Shown: in pieces, positions 26,805 through 40,744 of the stretch
How the letters are laid out: the number at the start of each line of letters is the position of its first letter
Position numbering within the stretch: position 1 is the first letter of the stretch
Source of the DNA: Paramecium tetraurelia
Lineage: Eukaryota
Length of the DNA: 64,000 bases
Reading direction: 5' to 3'
Assembly: GCA_000165425.1 (NCBI GenBank)
Contig: CT868030.1
Coordinates: 1 to 64,000 of the forward strand
Position numbers and translations under genes: made by a program
Notes under the pieces: model-generated
What the model was told of the DNA's origin: nothing
Databases searched by the model: none
What the model saw: only the letters and a program-made list of their open reading frames with translations

Positions 26805-27383
26805 ATGGATAAAGAATTATTAATTGATTGTCTCTACAATAAAGATGTCATCAAATATCATCTTTCTTCAACAAGGAAGGCTTAAAATGATATTTTGACT
26901 AAGAAACCATCACCTTAATTTTATCATGCGCAATCCTCAAAATATGGAGTTAGACAACCAGTTTAAATAAAGAATCCTTTACTTATCAAATCTTTATTCT
27001 CATCAAGAAAATATTCAAAGGAGAAAGACATATCACTTCCTATATGTGCATTTAAAATTTTACCAACCTAAACATTGGCTTCATTTTAGACTGATCGTAT
27101 ACATAGTAAATGTCCTGCATTTAAGAAACTGAAACTAAAATTGGGATTAAAATAATAAAATAATGTTCCTGATGAATAACTAAGGGTCGAAACTGCTCCT
27201 GCTATATGCAGAAGCCAAACTAGTGCGAAACAAACAATTACTAACATATTAAAAAGCTAACCTAGTATTGAAAAAAAGACAAAAAAGTCAGAACCTACAT
27301 TTACATTTAACAGGAACGATTGGGGGATTGGTGGATGGAATATAGTTGAAGATAATTATGATGCTAAGATGTTTGTGGATTGA
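26805..27383 (+). CDS. Hypothetical basic low-complexity protein
   Basis: Open 192-aa frame from ATG to TGA in the ciliate code; ends DWGIGGWNIVEDNYDAKMFVD. Confidence 0.7.
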
Positions 27384-27538
27384 TGGGAAATTTAGTCAAA
27401 CTGCAAGAAATATATTCACATTTCTCATTTATCTCTCTATTAAATTATTTATCTTATTTTTATTTGCTTTAAATTTCAATTGAATATAAAATAATAATTT
27501 AATAGATTATAACCATATTTGCTCATATAGTCCATTTT

Positions 27539-30454
27539 TCAATCATCAATTTTGATTATTAGTTTTGCTCTTTTGGATCTACGTTTTCTAACAAAATTAA
27601 CAATCATGAAATCTGTGAAGTTCTAGCAATCTTTATTTTGATTTAATTATTCTAAAATTTTATGAGAATTCATATGAGACATATAATTTTGAAAATCTTA
27701 GCATTTATCAAATTCCTCATAAATATCTTTGTAAGTTCCCATATGTTATTAATTTAAATAATTAATTGCTGGACTGATTTCCTTCAATTCCGATGAAGAA
27801 GATTCACTAATTTCAGAATCAGAAGAATTTTCCATCTCACTTATTGTGTCTGGTTCATTAGATTAACATTAATTTGTAGATTGATTAATAGATTTAAAAA
27901 GTAGAGATTTTCCTATATCCTAAGTTATCTTATTATGTTCTAATGGGTTTATCTCATCTTGATTCTTATCTAAATGGGTCTTAAATTTTTTTAATTCTTT
28001 AAGTTGAGGCGTTTATTATTCTGAATTACACCCTGAAACATTCTTTGAAAATGATTCCAAAGCAGCCTTAAGTTTGTCCTCCTGTGTGTTTTTAAAATTT
28101 AAAAGAGAATTATTCAAAAATCCTGGCAGCCTTTTTATATACTGTGACTATTTTCTACCCTTTATATTTAAAACTGACAGTTTTCTGTTAGTATAATTTG
28201 TATCATATTATAAATTAGGATCTTTCTAAGTTTCTTTATTTTACTCTTTTTAATGTTGTTATTATTTCAGTGATTAGATAAAGTACTTTGAACTTATTTA
28301 TTAAGACAATTTTGGATCTTGCATTAAATAATACAGAACAGTGTCTGATATCTAAGCCTCAAAAATTAAGGATGATAGTCTTCTATTAGCATTTTATCTG
28401 CAATAGTAATTTCTTTCTTGAATTTTATTTTTTCGATATTAGATGATTATTTTTGTCTTGTTGGGAAAACCCGTTAACATAGGACATTGATAAAGCATAT
28501 GTGTTGATTTATTGCATCCAACACAATGCAGATGAAATTCATCAAATCGACCAGAAAATTTGACAAGATCTTTCAATTAACAATATTTTTCCTAAACATT
28601 TCAAATAATTTATACATATCCATATTTTTTTGCGATAGTTTAGAAATCGTTTTTAGAGATTTTCAAAATTCTAGAGGATGTCAATGATCTACATCCAATT
28701 TCATAATTTTAATCCAATAGAAATTCTTGTTATCCAAATATCTAATCTTATCCAGAAACGATTTGGATGCCTAAAATATTTGCAGATCCCTCAGGAATTT
28801 CAACAAAGTATTCAATTTCACCGTCGCATAGTATATATAAAAAATTGCTGGGATCATTCTTTTAAAATATAGTGTTAAAAGGAACTAATTTTTCTTCCAC
28901 AAATTTTGAGGCAAGTGCTGAAATAAAGTCTTCGTTGAAGTTCTCTTTAAAAAAGGGAATCTTTGAAATACTCTTCATATTCAGATCTATCATCATTTCC
29001 TAGAAAATAGTTGGATTGTAATACATTATATAGATGAGATGGAAGCTACTAATTAAATTTATTAAGATCTAGTTTGTTTTCATTGCTTTAATCCTTCCAC
29101 AAAAACTCAAAAAATCTCAGAATTTTAATTTGCAATTTATGATTATAACCTCTAACTCTTAGAAATTACTTAAGATCATTTAAATCAACTCTTATTTAAT
29201 GATTTTTTGATTATAATTATCCCAGTATTTATCCTATACTATTAATTGAATAACCAAAAGTGCAGCAAGAAACTATGGCAACAAAAATTAGATAAACCTT
29301 TTCCATCAAATTTTACGGAGTCACATCCCCATATCCTATAGTGGTCATGGTAATAATGCTCCAATAATATGTGCTAAACTATTTTATTCACTCTAAATTT
29401 ATACGTATTTAATAATCCATGTTTCGTTTATCAAATTGTTTGTTAATAACCATGAGGTTTCTTTATCTAATAGGCCTACATAATATAATCCACAACAGCA
29501 TAAATGGGATTAATATAGTATCACATAAATCAATCGAAGCAGATCGTATATTACCCAATAATTAGTAGTTAATTCCATTCTATCGATAATGGATTCCATT
29601 ATCTCGGGAATAGAAAATCCTTTTATTACCAAAAATAAATATAAAGGTAATTCAGTTACACCAATCAAATATATCAATGATGGAACAATAATCAGAAGAT
29701 TCATCAAAAAATCTAATAATTATTGGGATATTACGGTGTTTATAGAAATTGGCCATGATTTTATTTCGATCTCTTACAAGATATCCTAACTCGTAATAAC
29801 ATGTATTCATTTTTATGAGTATGTCAAATAGATAGAGGTAAAAAGGAACTTTAAATAAAAAGACTTCGCAAATTTAAAATCTCTCAGGAGGATAATTTTC
29901 AAAATCAAATGAAAACCTCACTGTAATGTAAAGAGTGTTGAGATTGATATGGATGAGCAGAATTACATTCCAAACAATGAGAAATATAGATTCTGGTTCT
30001 AAAGTGATCTTTAAATTGATAATTGAGTCCAAAATTCCTTTCATTTAACAGCATTAGTAAAGATGTTTTTAAATAAAGTACTTTAGTCTAGATGATGGTT
30101 AAGGTTTCTTAAGTTATTTAATTATACTACCATATATTTAAAGTAATCATGTAACAAATAGTAATTGAAGTCAGCTGCTTTATCACCTATGATTCTGAAC
30201 ATATTTCCATCCAACAATGAAAACTTGGATGCAAACGGACTCCGAGTTATTAGGGAAATAAACCGAAGTACTTAAATTAGGACTACTAGTGCTTTTTCTC
30301 TCCAAATTTTATTTTGAAAGGAAACTATATTATGATTTTGCAAAGTTTTTAGATTCACTGTTTTTAAGAAAGCAGGCCTTTGTGGTTGTTTTGGTATTGA
30401 AGGTTAAGTCTTGAGTGGTGCACGCTCTGTAAAAGATCCTAATTCTGAATTCAT
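27539..30454 (-). CDS. Six-TM potassium channel with cyclic-nucleotide-binding-homology domain (EAG/HCN-like ciliate family)
   Basis: Pore YWSIITMTTIGYGDVTPQN, S6 FGYSINSIG, C-linker, IPFFK...FGQQEFL CNBD and a long low-complexity C-terminus; several tiny introns. Confidence 0.92.
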
Positions 30455-30960
30455 ATTGTTAAAACAGGCTTTTTAATTATGATAAGAAAAATAAAATTGG
30501 TAATACGTGATTAAATCATCAAAAATATAAATCAATTAATTCAACTCGACGAAAAGAGGAAATAGACAATTCCCAACCCTATAATTATACCAATAATCCT
30601 AATAAGAAAATTGAGAATGTTTATGTATTATTTCAAATATTTATCATTTCATACTTTATTGTTAACAACTCTACATTTATATCATTTTCATAATTATATT
30701 TTTATTTATCTATAAGTTCTTGTATTATTGTTCCTATTTACTTTTAAAGATGTAAATTATGAGGTGTATTTAGTTTTCAAAAAAAGAGACGTTTATAAAA
30801 AAATGTTATATGAATTCTACAATAGAGTATTTATTAGTTTGTTTAGAATAATGGGGGAAAAGTGGAATGAATTATTTTGCATTATAAAGGATAATAAAAT
30901 AAATGAATTAATTAGAAAAAACTCCTAATTAAAGATTGTAGAGAACTCAAAGTCAATAGG

Positions 30961-33900
30961 ATGAAAAGTGGTTTAAACAGCTGCATAGAATTTCTTCTTC
31001 TTTAAAGTATTGTTTTATTGGCAAATTAGAAATTTAAAAACAACACAAGAAAGAAATGTATATATTAAAAAAGTTGCACGTTAAAGAGAATTAGATAACA
31101 TCATTCATGAAAAATAAGTTATCTAATAAAAATCATATTTATTAGATAGAAGCAAAAAGAAATTTCTTTCTTTAATTAGATGCAAAGATCCTGAAACATT
31201 TTTCTTAAAATTTAAGCCAATCTAAAAACCATTAAATATGTTAAGAATGGTTTCAGAATTAAATTTAGCCGAAAAAGTGCAAATGAACCTTAATAAAAGA
31301 TCTAAACATGAAGAAGAATCGAGTCCTATAGTAAATAGGACATTTAACAAGAATAACAAAATGTAATATAAGACAATAATTTAGGGGAAGCTCCAAAGTT
31401 ATTGAATTAAATGTATCTAAGGAATCATCTCAAGGCGATATAATGAAACCTAGAAGGACTTTAGAATATTTATTTTAAGATAATAAGAAATAAAATCCTC
31501 TTTTATAAAATGAATCCGATCTGGAAAAAAGTAAGTCAAAAAAATAAACTTAAAGCAGATCATATTCTCAATATTCGAAATCAAATATGAACACTCTCTT
31601 AAAAACGGATATCAATGCTCTCTAAACGGAAATGGATTAAGTGGATCCTAAAATGAACACCAAATTACTTAAAATAACTAAGGTTTCAAGTTAAATGTAA
31701 GGTTATTATGAAAAATTTTAGTCTTGCTCGAAATGGAATATTTTTGCAAACTAAAAACACCTCTAATTCAATCAAAGTAAATTCGTAAGATAACATATGT
31801 TTAGAAGATGACAGTAAATTGTGAAATATATTCTAGATTCTTCCTTGGCTTCTCACACTGAATTGATGCTGGATAATTTGTATGGCAATACAAAAAAATT
31901 AAATTCAGACACTAAAAATTTAGAAATGAGAAAGAAGGAGTATGAACATGAGTCAATTAAATTATTCTATAAAAAAATTTATTGCAAGATCTGATATATT
32001 ATTTTATTAATATTATAGAAGATGACTCATGGTAAAATGAATTACAAGTATTAGTGATTGTCAGTGGACCAAGTGATTTCAATCTAGAGACTGTAGCCAT
32101 GAATAACAATGGAATTTGGCTAAACAGAGTTGTGTTCCCCAAGATCAAAGATAAAGAAATAAGCATTAAATTTGTTTACATTAAATGTTGCTAATAGAAT
32201 ACATACATGATTGATAGTAAATATTGTGACAAAATTAGTCAATCAAAATTTATGGGGTTTTGGAGAATCATTATATGGACAATTAGCGGAAAGGGTTTCA
32301 TCTATTAAAACGCCAATCAATTTATCAAAATTAATGAATGTTTAGTTTTTAAAAATAGGTGGAGGCATTGATTTTGTTATTGCTTATACGACTACAAAGT
32401 AGTTATATATTTGGGGAAATATTCCAGGTTTGAAATTTACTTAATTATTGAAAACAGAGAAGATTTCATATTCAAAGGACTTCTAAGGAAAATCTTTCGA
32501 GATCAAAGGATTAAATATAACAAGATATTTCAATTAACAAGTAATTATTGATGAAAAAAGCAACCCTCCATCTTTGCATTCGACAAGAAGGAATTCTAAA
32601 CTAAATGTTAAATACATTGTTGATATCCAAGATTATTCCACATATAACAACGCTCTTTATATTCTTACAAAAAATCTAGTGCTGCATTCATTTGGAAAAT
32701 AATTAGAAACCTAAATTCAATTCTGTGGAATATCATGTGGTCCATTTCACACTTTAGCTTGGGAAGAAAATGGAAATGTGTGGAGTTGGGGTGAATTTTA
32801 AGATGGAAAGCTTGGATACATGAGATTCGATGTATCTGAGTAGAAAGAACCTAAATTAATCATTGATTTTAAAGCAAAGGCAATTTAATGTGTTTGTGGA
32901 GCCAATTACAGCATAGCACTTGATGTTAAAGGTGATGTATATACTTGGGGCAAAGGCCCTTTTAAGATGGATCTATCAAAGGCTACTATGCCAAGTAAAA
33001 TAATAAAGAAAAAAAGTCCATTTATTAAAGTGGCTGCAGGTCTTGATCATTTTGGAGCTTTAAATAGTTCTGGTCAACTTTATGTTTGGGGAAGCAATAA
33101 AAAGGACAGTATTTTCAATTTCCCTGAAGAAGTTTACCCTCCTGTTCCATTAGAAATCTAATTAAAAATTATTGATTTCGACATGGGCCCTTACAACACT
33201 GGATTAATTATATAAGGAGAAAATAGGGTTAATTTGCCATTATTGAATTTTGAACATTTCAAAACTGAATAGTATAAAGTGATTTCAGAAGAGGCTTCAC
33301 TCATTCAAACCTATGTGAATAAGAAGAATGCTATAGAGTATGAGAAGAAAAAAAGCGAAGCCACATCACCAATTATTCAAAGGTAGGAACCATTAGATTT
33401 AAATAAATTAATTCGTAAAAATAAATCCCTTAAGGGGAGTTCATCATCGATATTTCATAGTTCAACATCTATAAATTAAAAATTAAACAGTTAAATTAAA
33501 TTTCCTATTTTATTTGATGGTGTACATGCGGAAATGTAAAAAATGGAATAAGAAAGCCAATTGTATATACCAATTCAATATTCAAATACTGATAGAGTGG
33601 CTAAGAATCCATCGCAAGAATTTATTGAGTTAGATTGTGTAATATAAACTGATAACGATTAATTGAAATACGAATATATACAATTGGCAAAGGAGAAAGA
33701 CGAGGAAGGGCTTTTGTTATCGATATTGAATTAAGCTGAGGAGAAGAAATAAGATTTGCATTTGAAAATGCCAGAGAGGGTGCAAATTAATTAATTTAGA
33801 AACAAATTCAAAATTACGAAACCTGTTTATCACGATAAATATGATCAATTTGATAGAAGCATTATTTAAGCTACAAAAGAATAGATATAGTTACTTCATT

Positions 33901-35614
33901 AGGAAAGAGCCTAGAAAGTCTTATAGAAAAAAAGATAAAGGGAGTAAGAATTTGAAAGGATAAGTTAGATCAGTTTACAATCAATCAAGCCAATTTTAAA
34001 TAAAGAATAAATATTGGAATCCATAAAAACAAAAGCATAGGAAAATCAATAAAAAGCAAAACTAGTAACTCTTAAAAAAGAAGAAATTCAAGTAGAAAGA
34101 GCCAATTATTTTACCTAAGTTGTTTATGAAAAGTCATAAGAATTTAAATAGAAACAAAAATAGTTGTAACTAGAAAAGCAATATAGATAAAATTTATTCA
34201 AAGAATTATTAACTTTTCTGAATATTTAAAATATTGGATAAATATTTTTGTAAACTAGTCGCAATGTTATAGATCATAGGAGGAGTGAATTGTTACAAAA
34301 TATTTCCGCTAAGAAAATATAACATTACTTTAGAAAAAAGTACATTCTTGTTAAAATTATGAATTAATTAAATGCAACTGCCAGAAAGATTCTTACGGCT
34401 TTCATTGTCAGATATAAAATTAAACTCAGAATAAAAAGAAAATAATAAAGAATTAGAAAACTTCATATATTTCAGCTTAGACATTAAGTTAGACTTAAGG
34501 TGATCATAGGACTTGCAAGTGTAAAAAAGGCTGCAATAGTTACATAGCAATTTTGTGCTTGGTTTAATAACAGTATTTCAATTCAATTGAGTGTTCTTAA
34601 TTATTATTGGGATGAGCATTTACTAAAATAGTTTAAATGTGTCAACCTAAATTAAGATAAGGAGGAATTAAAAGCTTGCCAATCAAACTTTACTAAATAT
34701 ATTTAAGATGAGTTTTCATATTTAACTAATCAATTGCTAAATCAGGATTAAATTTCAAAATTATTGTATAAATTTTATTTAAATTAGAAAATTCCCAAAA
34801 CACATTCTACTTCATGGTCGTATGCTGCGAGATTATGTTAGTAAATAAATTGCAATAAAGTAAGAAAATGAAAGAAAATAAAAAAAATAATTTAAACAAT
34901 CAAACTAGGTTTTACTACCTTATACTAGATATATTGAAAAAATATAATTGCCTAATTAATACAGGATTAAGTTAAACTTCTCATAAATTTAATAGCTCAA
35001 TCTAATGGAAGAATTAACTTTGTTGGAATGCAAATTGAAAAAAGATGTTCTATTTTCGCATTTATTAAAAGAGAGAAGAAAGTATGTTTTACAAATGTAA
35101 AAGGTATTTAGATATTTTCAATTAGTTCTTTTCTGATTTATTAGAATTTAAAGAGAAGAATAAGGCTCTCATTGGATCTGCAAGAATCAAGACATTTTCT
35201 AAATTGACACCTTAGGAAATTTAATTTTTGAAAGAACTAGACTAAATCGAAAAACAAATATATCTATAAAGATAATTAAATGCAAGATAAAAATGTAAAT
35301 TGACATCTAACATAGAAAAAACTTCAAAATTTGTTCTAAAATATAAACAAGGTTAGATTCAACAAATTAATTAACTTAATGAAGATTAATATCCTTATCC
35401 AGGATTAACATTTAAAGTAGTTGAACAATTGATGAGATCATCAAGACCAATCTTTGACATTAATTTAGATGTGGAATAATGGAATGATTTATTTTAGGAG
35501 TATTTCAATGAATTTAGAGCAAGATCAGAAAAAATCATTAGTTCAGCCATAAGAATAACTACTCTGAAAATTAAATAGGAAAGTCCTCATAAAAAGAGAT
35601 CATAAATTACTTGA
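30961..35614 (+). CDS. Large RCC1-repeat protein with coiled coil and IQ-like motifs
   Basis: SCGPFHTLAWEENGNVWSWG...GKLG, CGANYSIALDVKGDVYTWG and AAGLDHFGALNSSGQLYVWGSN; SAKKIQHYFRKK IQ-like motif. The 5' exon structure is uncertain. Confidence 0.8.
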
Positions 35615-35819
35615 TACTAACATTTCATATCTAATTTTTATATGTATAAATATTTTCTATTATTGAATTTATAAACAATCAGTACTGCTTTGAAAACAAG
35701 AGCTATTGAAAGAGATGTAATTTACTATTTTTAGTCTGAAATTCTTAGTTAATTGCATTTCGTTATTTATTTATTAACTTAGAATTTTTATCAATTCAAA
35801 ATTCAATATTTATAAATTG

Positions 35820-36445
35820 ATGAAGAACATCGATGAAGTAGATTCTCGGATTCATTAATACATGGAAAAAAGGAAATCCCAACAACCTAGTTCTTTTGAT
35901 TAATCTACAATTCTATTTCAGGATAAAGCTGGCTTATTGAATGAATTGGAAACTCTGAGATAAAAAAATGTCAGCTTAGAACAAGAGTTAAAAGAATTGC
36001 TTTCATCATATGACGAAATTCAAAGAGAAGAATAAATTAAGAGATTAGAGCAAGAAAAAGCTGAAATAATTCAAATTGAATTGGAATAATTAAAGTATGA
36101 CTTAATTCAAATTATAGGCAAATGCATTTAAAAATGAGAGAGGAATATCAGCAGCAAGTGGATTTCCTTTAAAAATAATTGGATTTGGCTGAGCAAGAGA
36201 AAATAAAATTGCTTATGGAAAATTAAAAGCTAAAATCAAATCAATGCAATGAATAAGAAACCTAAGATTTATATAATAAGGTGTTTAAAGATGGTTAAGA
36301 AAATATCAAATTTAACAAACAAATTGATAGATTTTAGAAGGAAATTCTAAAGTTGAAAACAATTGTAGAAACAAAAATCACTAAAAAGCAACAAGGAAAA
36401 CCAAAGTTGACGACTAAACAAAATGAAAGATAAACAAAAAATTGA
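35820..36445 (+). CDS. Coiled-coil hypothetical protein
   Basis: E/Q/K/L-rich heptad-like frame (LLNELETLRQKNVSLEQELKEL...); one probable intron near 36117. Confidence 0.65.
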
Positions 36446-37020
36446 TTTTAATATATATTGGCTTTATTATTATTACTCATTTTTAATCTAAATTATGAAT
36501 AAATTAACAATGATTATTTTTGATTATTTGTATAAGCTATTAGTATACATATATACATTTTATCTTATGAGTCTCATTTTCCATTTAAAAAGGATATTTA
36601 GAGAATTCAGTATTATGCTTATAATACCTATAGACACTTAATGTTGCTGGGCCATTGTTTCCTAATGAATCTCATTCCACAAAGTAGAAAAAAAGAGTGT
36701 CATCCAAGTTGCAACTGATAATATTTTAGATAATTTGTGGAGATCACAGTCCATTAAAAATAAAAACTAAGATCTTTATCAATTTAAGGAAGATAAGTTC
36801 CAGTAAATGGGAATATTTTCGCAACAAGAACCTATGTAATATATTCTAAAGGAAGCCTTGGTATCATAATATTAATTAATATATGTTTAATTTGAGTTAT
36901 AAATGATTGAATGATGTAATTAATAATTAAGAATTTATGATTATATTACAGTGATGCAATATTTGTTGATCATAGTATTTATGATCTGCATTTATTTTAA
37001 ATTAATCAATTAATAAAGAA

Positions 37021-37467
37021 ATGAATAATTACGAAGTTGGCATACAAAGATTTATTGAAAAAATAAGAGAACAAATAAGATTAAAAGAAAAAGAATATTT
37101 ATAAATTGAAAAGGCTCTTATTCACAAAATTGTTCACAAATCCCCTTAACCAGCAAGGACGCTTGAGTTACGACCTAATCACTTTTTGGATGTCTCAATA
37201 AAACCAAAGCATGTGAAACCTAAATCAAACCCAAATAATTAAAAAACTTTCGATGAAATAGAACCAGATGTTTTACCCTATTTGTTGTAACCTTTACAAA
37301 CATAAAATCATACCATTAATAAAAGAATATCCCTAAAAGTCCCTACAAGTATTCCTGAATCATCCAAAAAACAAGAAAGGATTGAAAACCTACAACTTAG
37401 ACGATTTTTAAGAAATTGTACCCCAAAAAAATGGACTGTAGAGAGTTCAGATGAAGTTTAAATTTGA
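37021..37467 (+). CDS. Hypothetical protein
   Basis: Open 148-aa frame MNNYEVGIQRFIEKIREQ...KKWTVESSDEVQI*. Confidence 0.7.
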
Positions 37468-38029
37468 TTGATTTGTGTATATAGTATATTCTTAATCAAA
37501 TCTTTAAAAAATATTGGTTTAATTTACAACTTCAGTATGGCTAGTGTTTCTTATAGCAATTCAATCCCTTTGTTTTTGCTCTAAATTATATTTATCTTTA
37601 AAATAATTTAATACTAAATTAAGAATTGAAAAGACCCATTTAAATATTAAAAGTAAATCAGCACATCTAGTTAAACTTATTATCATTTTCTCCTTCTATA
37701 CCCAAAATAATACTCAAAATAGATTCAAACAGTAGCTATTATTTAACAGTTAAATGAGAAATTATTATAATTAAATCAATTTGATTAAAAAATTTATTTA
37801 ACACATACAAATTAATATGTTTTTATTATTGTATAAATAAGTATTCAACCTTAGAATAAAAACTCTAAATTAAGTATATAAATATAAAATATTATTCTCA
37901 TATGAGAAATCGGCTAGAATTAGAAACTGGTCAGATGTGAATTACCCAATATAGAAAAATCAAACATACATTGTGAATAATTTTAAGAAAAGTTTTATAG
38001 TATCAATTAAATTTAATAATATTATTAAT

Positions 38030-38530
38030 ATGTGTGATTCATAATTATTCAATTTCAATACTCCTCTTGCCTTAAACAAATAGAGAAGAATAATAAATGT
38101 ACTTCCTAATGAAATAGATATTGAATAGATTTTGAGGAATTATAGAATAAATAATAAAATTGAACAAGACATTGTTTAAAAATAACAACCTCAAAGAAGC
38201 ATTAAAAATCCAGCCAATTTGACAAGAATGAAGAGAGTAATATTAAACTAATTCAACAGACCTGCGACCAATCGAAATAATCAATAGAAATGTAGAGAAA
38301 ATTTTTAGGAATAGTATCCTTATTTTCTATAAATTCAACATTATAAAATTACTACTCAGCCAAATTCACTCAACGTAATGAAATAAATTTCAAGAGAACG
38401 TATTTATTCATTAGACAGACATTCACAAAAAAAAAAATCCATTGATTTCAGTAATATTAAAACCAAAAATATGAGTATTTAGTAGTAGGAAATTACAGCA
38501 TGGACCAGAAAGACTTCAGAGAGTTTTTGA
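38030..38530 (+). CDS. Hypothetical protein
   Basis: Open 166-aa frame MCDSQLFNFNTPL...EITAWTRKTSESF*. Confidence 0.7.
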
Positions 38531-39218
38531 AAACAAAAACATTATTGTGTATAGTAATTGTATATTGTTGTTAAAATATTTAATTCAATTTATTTTACAT
38601 TTATTTTTGATCAATTTTGACTTCATTTTAGAGTCGTGTGAGTGACCTCAAAATTGTGTAATATACCATTTTATCGTTGATTCGATACTCAAATTGCATT
38701 ATAAATAGAACATTCAATTTCATAAATCTAATTATGTTGCATATTTAAAATTTATTAGTACTTAGTTTATACAATTGTATATTAGAAATTGCAACAAACT
38801 ATTAATTAGTAAAATTATGAATTAAATGTTTAACTATAAACGATTGTATCTCTCCTCTTTAGATTTATATTTTATTTATCATACATCAATACAGAATCAA
38901 TTATTTTCCATAATATTATTATGATATATTTAGAATTATTTGGAAAATCCATTATATTATTTTTACTCTTTTATTATACGAGTTTGATTAATCTTACAAC
39001 ATAAGGTTTGAATATGCTGTCCAATCATGTAAATTTCAAATAAATTTCTCCAGAATTTCTATTGATATAATAAAATGCTATTGTAATTCTAATTAGTGTA
39101 AATAAATAATACTCTAATAAAATATATCATTATTTAACAGAATTTTAATAAGATGATCATTATTCTATCATCTATTATTAATTAATTTATCAAAAAATTA
39201 AACATCGCTCATATTTTT

Positions 39219-39900
39219 ATGAACACCAAACTTTAAAACAAGGGAGGCTATTACGTCCTAGAAAAGGCTTAGAAGAAATAAACTAAGCAAACAAGGTAAC
39301 CAAAATAAACTCAAACTCAAAAAAAATCATTTAAACCTTTTGAAGGAAAAGGAATAAAAATGAGCAATGATAAAAATCACTATAACTGGATTTGCGAATA
39401 ATGTGGATTTATTAATTAAGAAAACGCCGACATTTGCTGTAAGAACTGCCAATTTTAGAAATGAATTTTCTATATAATTTGTTACAGAATATAATTTAAC
39501 ATTACCCATCAACAGTCTTAAACATTAATGACTAGAAATAAAGATGAAGAGTTCTGTGAATTATATGAATCATTAATTGCATTGTGATTGAATTAGATTA
39601 AAATTGGATATCAAATATCATTTGTGAGACCATATTTCAGTTTTCACTTTAAACACAGCAAAATCCAATAGTCAGTCGTGGGATTTGATAAATCAAACAA
39701 ATACTTAATAACATTAGAGTTTTATATATTAGCTTAGAAATAAAAAATAAGAACACGTTCTAATATTATTAAAGATTAGTTTCAATAGATAGAGAACTTT
39801 TAACTACTGAAATGAAAACAGACAGAATGTATATTCGTGTTCATCTAATCTCTGCAATGGTATGTTACAAATTTATCAACTTAAATAAGGAAATTGTTCA
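39219..39900 (+). pseudogene. SHP-box + RanBP2/NZF zinc-finger protein, truncated or decayed (possible p97 cofactor)
   Basis: SFKPFEGKGIKM (SHP-like) then WICEQCGFINQENADICCKNC; TGA at 39462-39464. Downstream sequence looks coding but is broken. Confidence 0.45.
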
Positions 39901-40744
39901 TTTATAATAAAAATATAATTATATATTTTTTATGCAATAGCAATAAATTCAATGAAAGAATTAAATATTCTCAATAAATTAATATATAATAAATTATTTT
40001 TATTAATTATTGCAATTTATCTAGTATCTATTTAAGTAATCTCTATAGATGCATCAAACTACTCTTTGTTATTAATAAAATAAAATACAACGTAAGTCTT
40101 GATTCATAAATAGTTACTTGTATAATAATCTTATTCAATATTCATAACTTACTGAATAACTATATAATTATTTTTAAATGAAATGGCTTTATTTGTAATG
40201 AAGAAATCAGATGATAATGTAATAATGATTGTAGCTAAGAATGGATTTTAATTTAGAAAAGAAAATCAACAAATAGAATGAATAAATTTAAAAATAAATG
40301 TACATTAGATGTAATTTGGGTTTTATTTATATTTAAGAATTAAGAGAGATATAAGATATTTTATTGAGAAATTCTTTGTAACATAGATGTATTTGATGTG
40401 GAGCTAGATTATACTAATAGTTATCTAATCTTAAAATAAATTAGATTAAAATATCTATTATCACAAATTTCTATTTAATCTTCTGAATCAGAAAATTAAA
40501 TTTTATTAAATATTATATATATTGTTAATTTGTATTTATTAGAAAGAGGATAGTCGATAAAATCCAAATATCTCATCTTTCATTTAATAGTTTTTCTTAT
40601 AAATTAATATATTTTCCTGAAAAATAAAGGGTTTGAATTACAAATAATATTCTACATAAGAAGGATAAATAATTATTAAAGGACATTTTTGAAGAACTAA
40701 TAAACTTAATTGATTGATGCAATTAAATATATAGTGCATATTAT

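Noticed and set aside
36495..36895. Possible small plus-strand gene
   Set aside because: No consistent start, intron and stop model or recognisable motif could be established.
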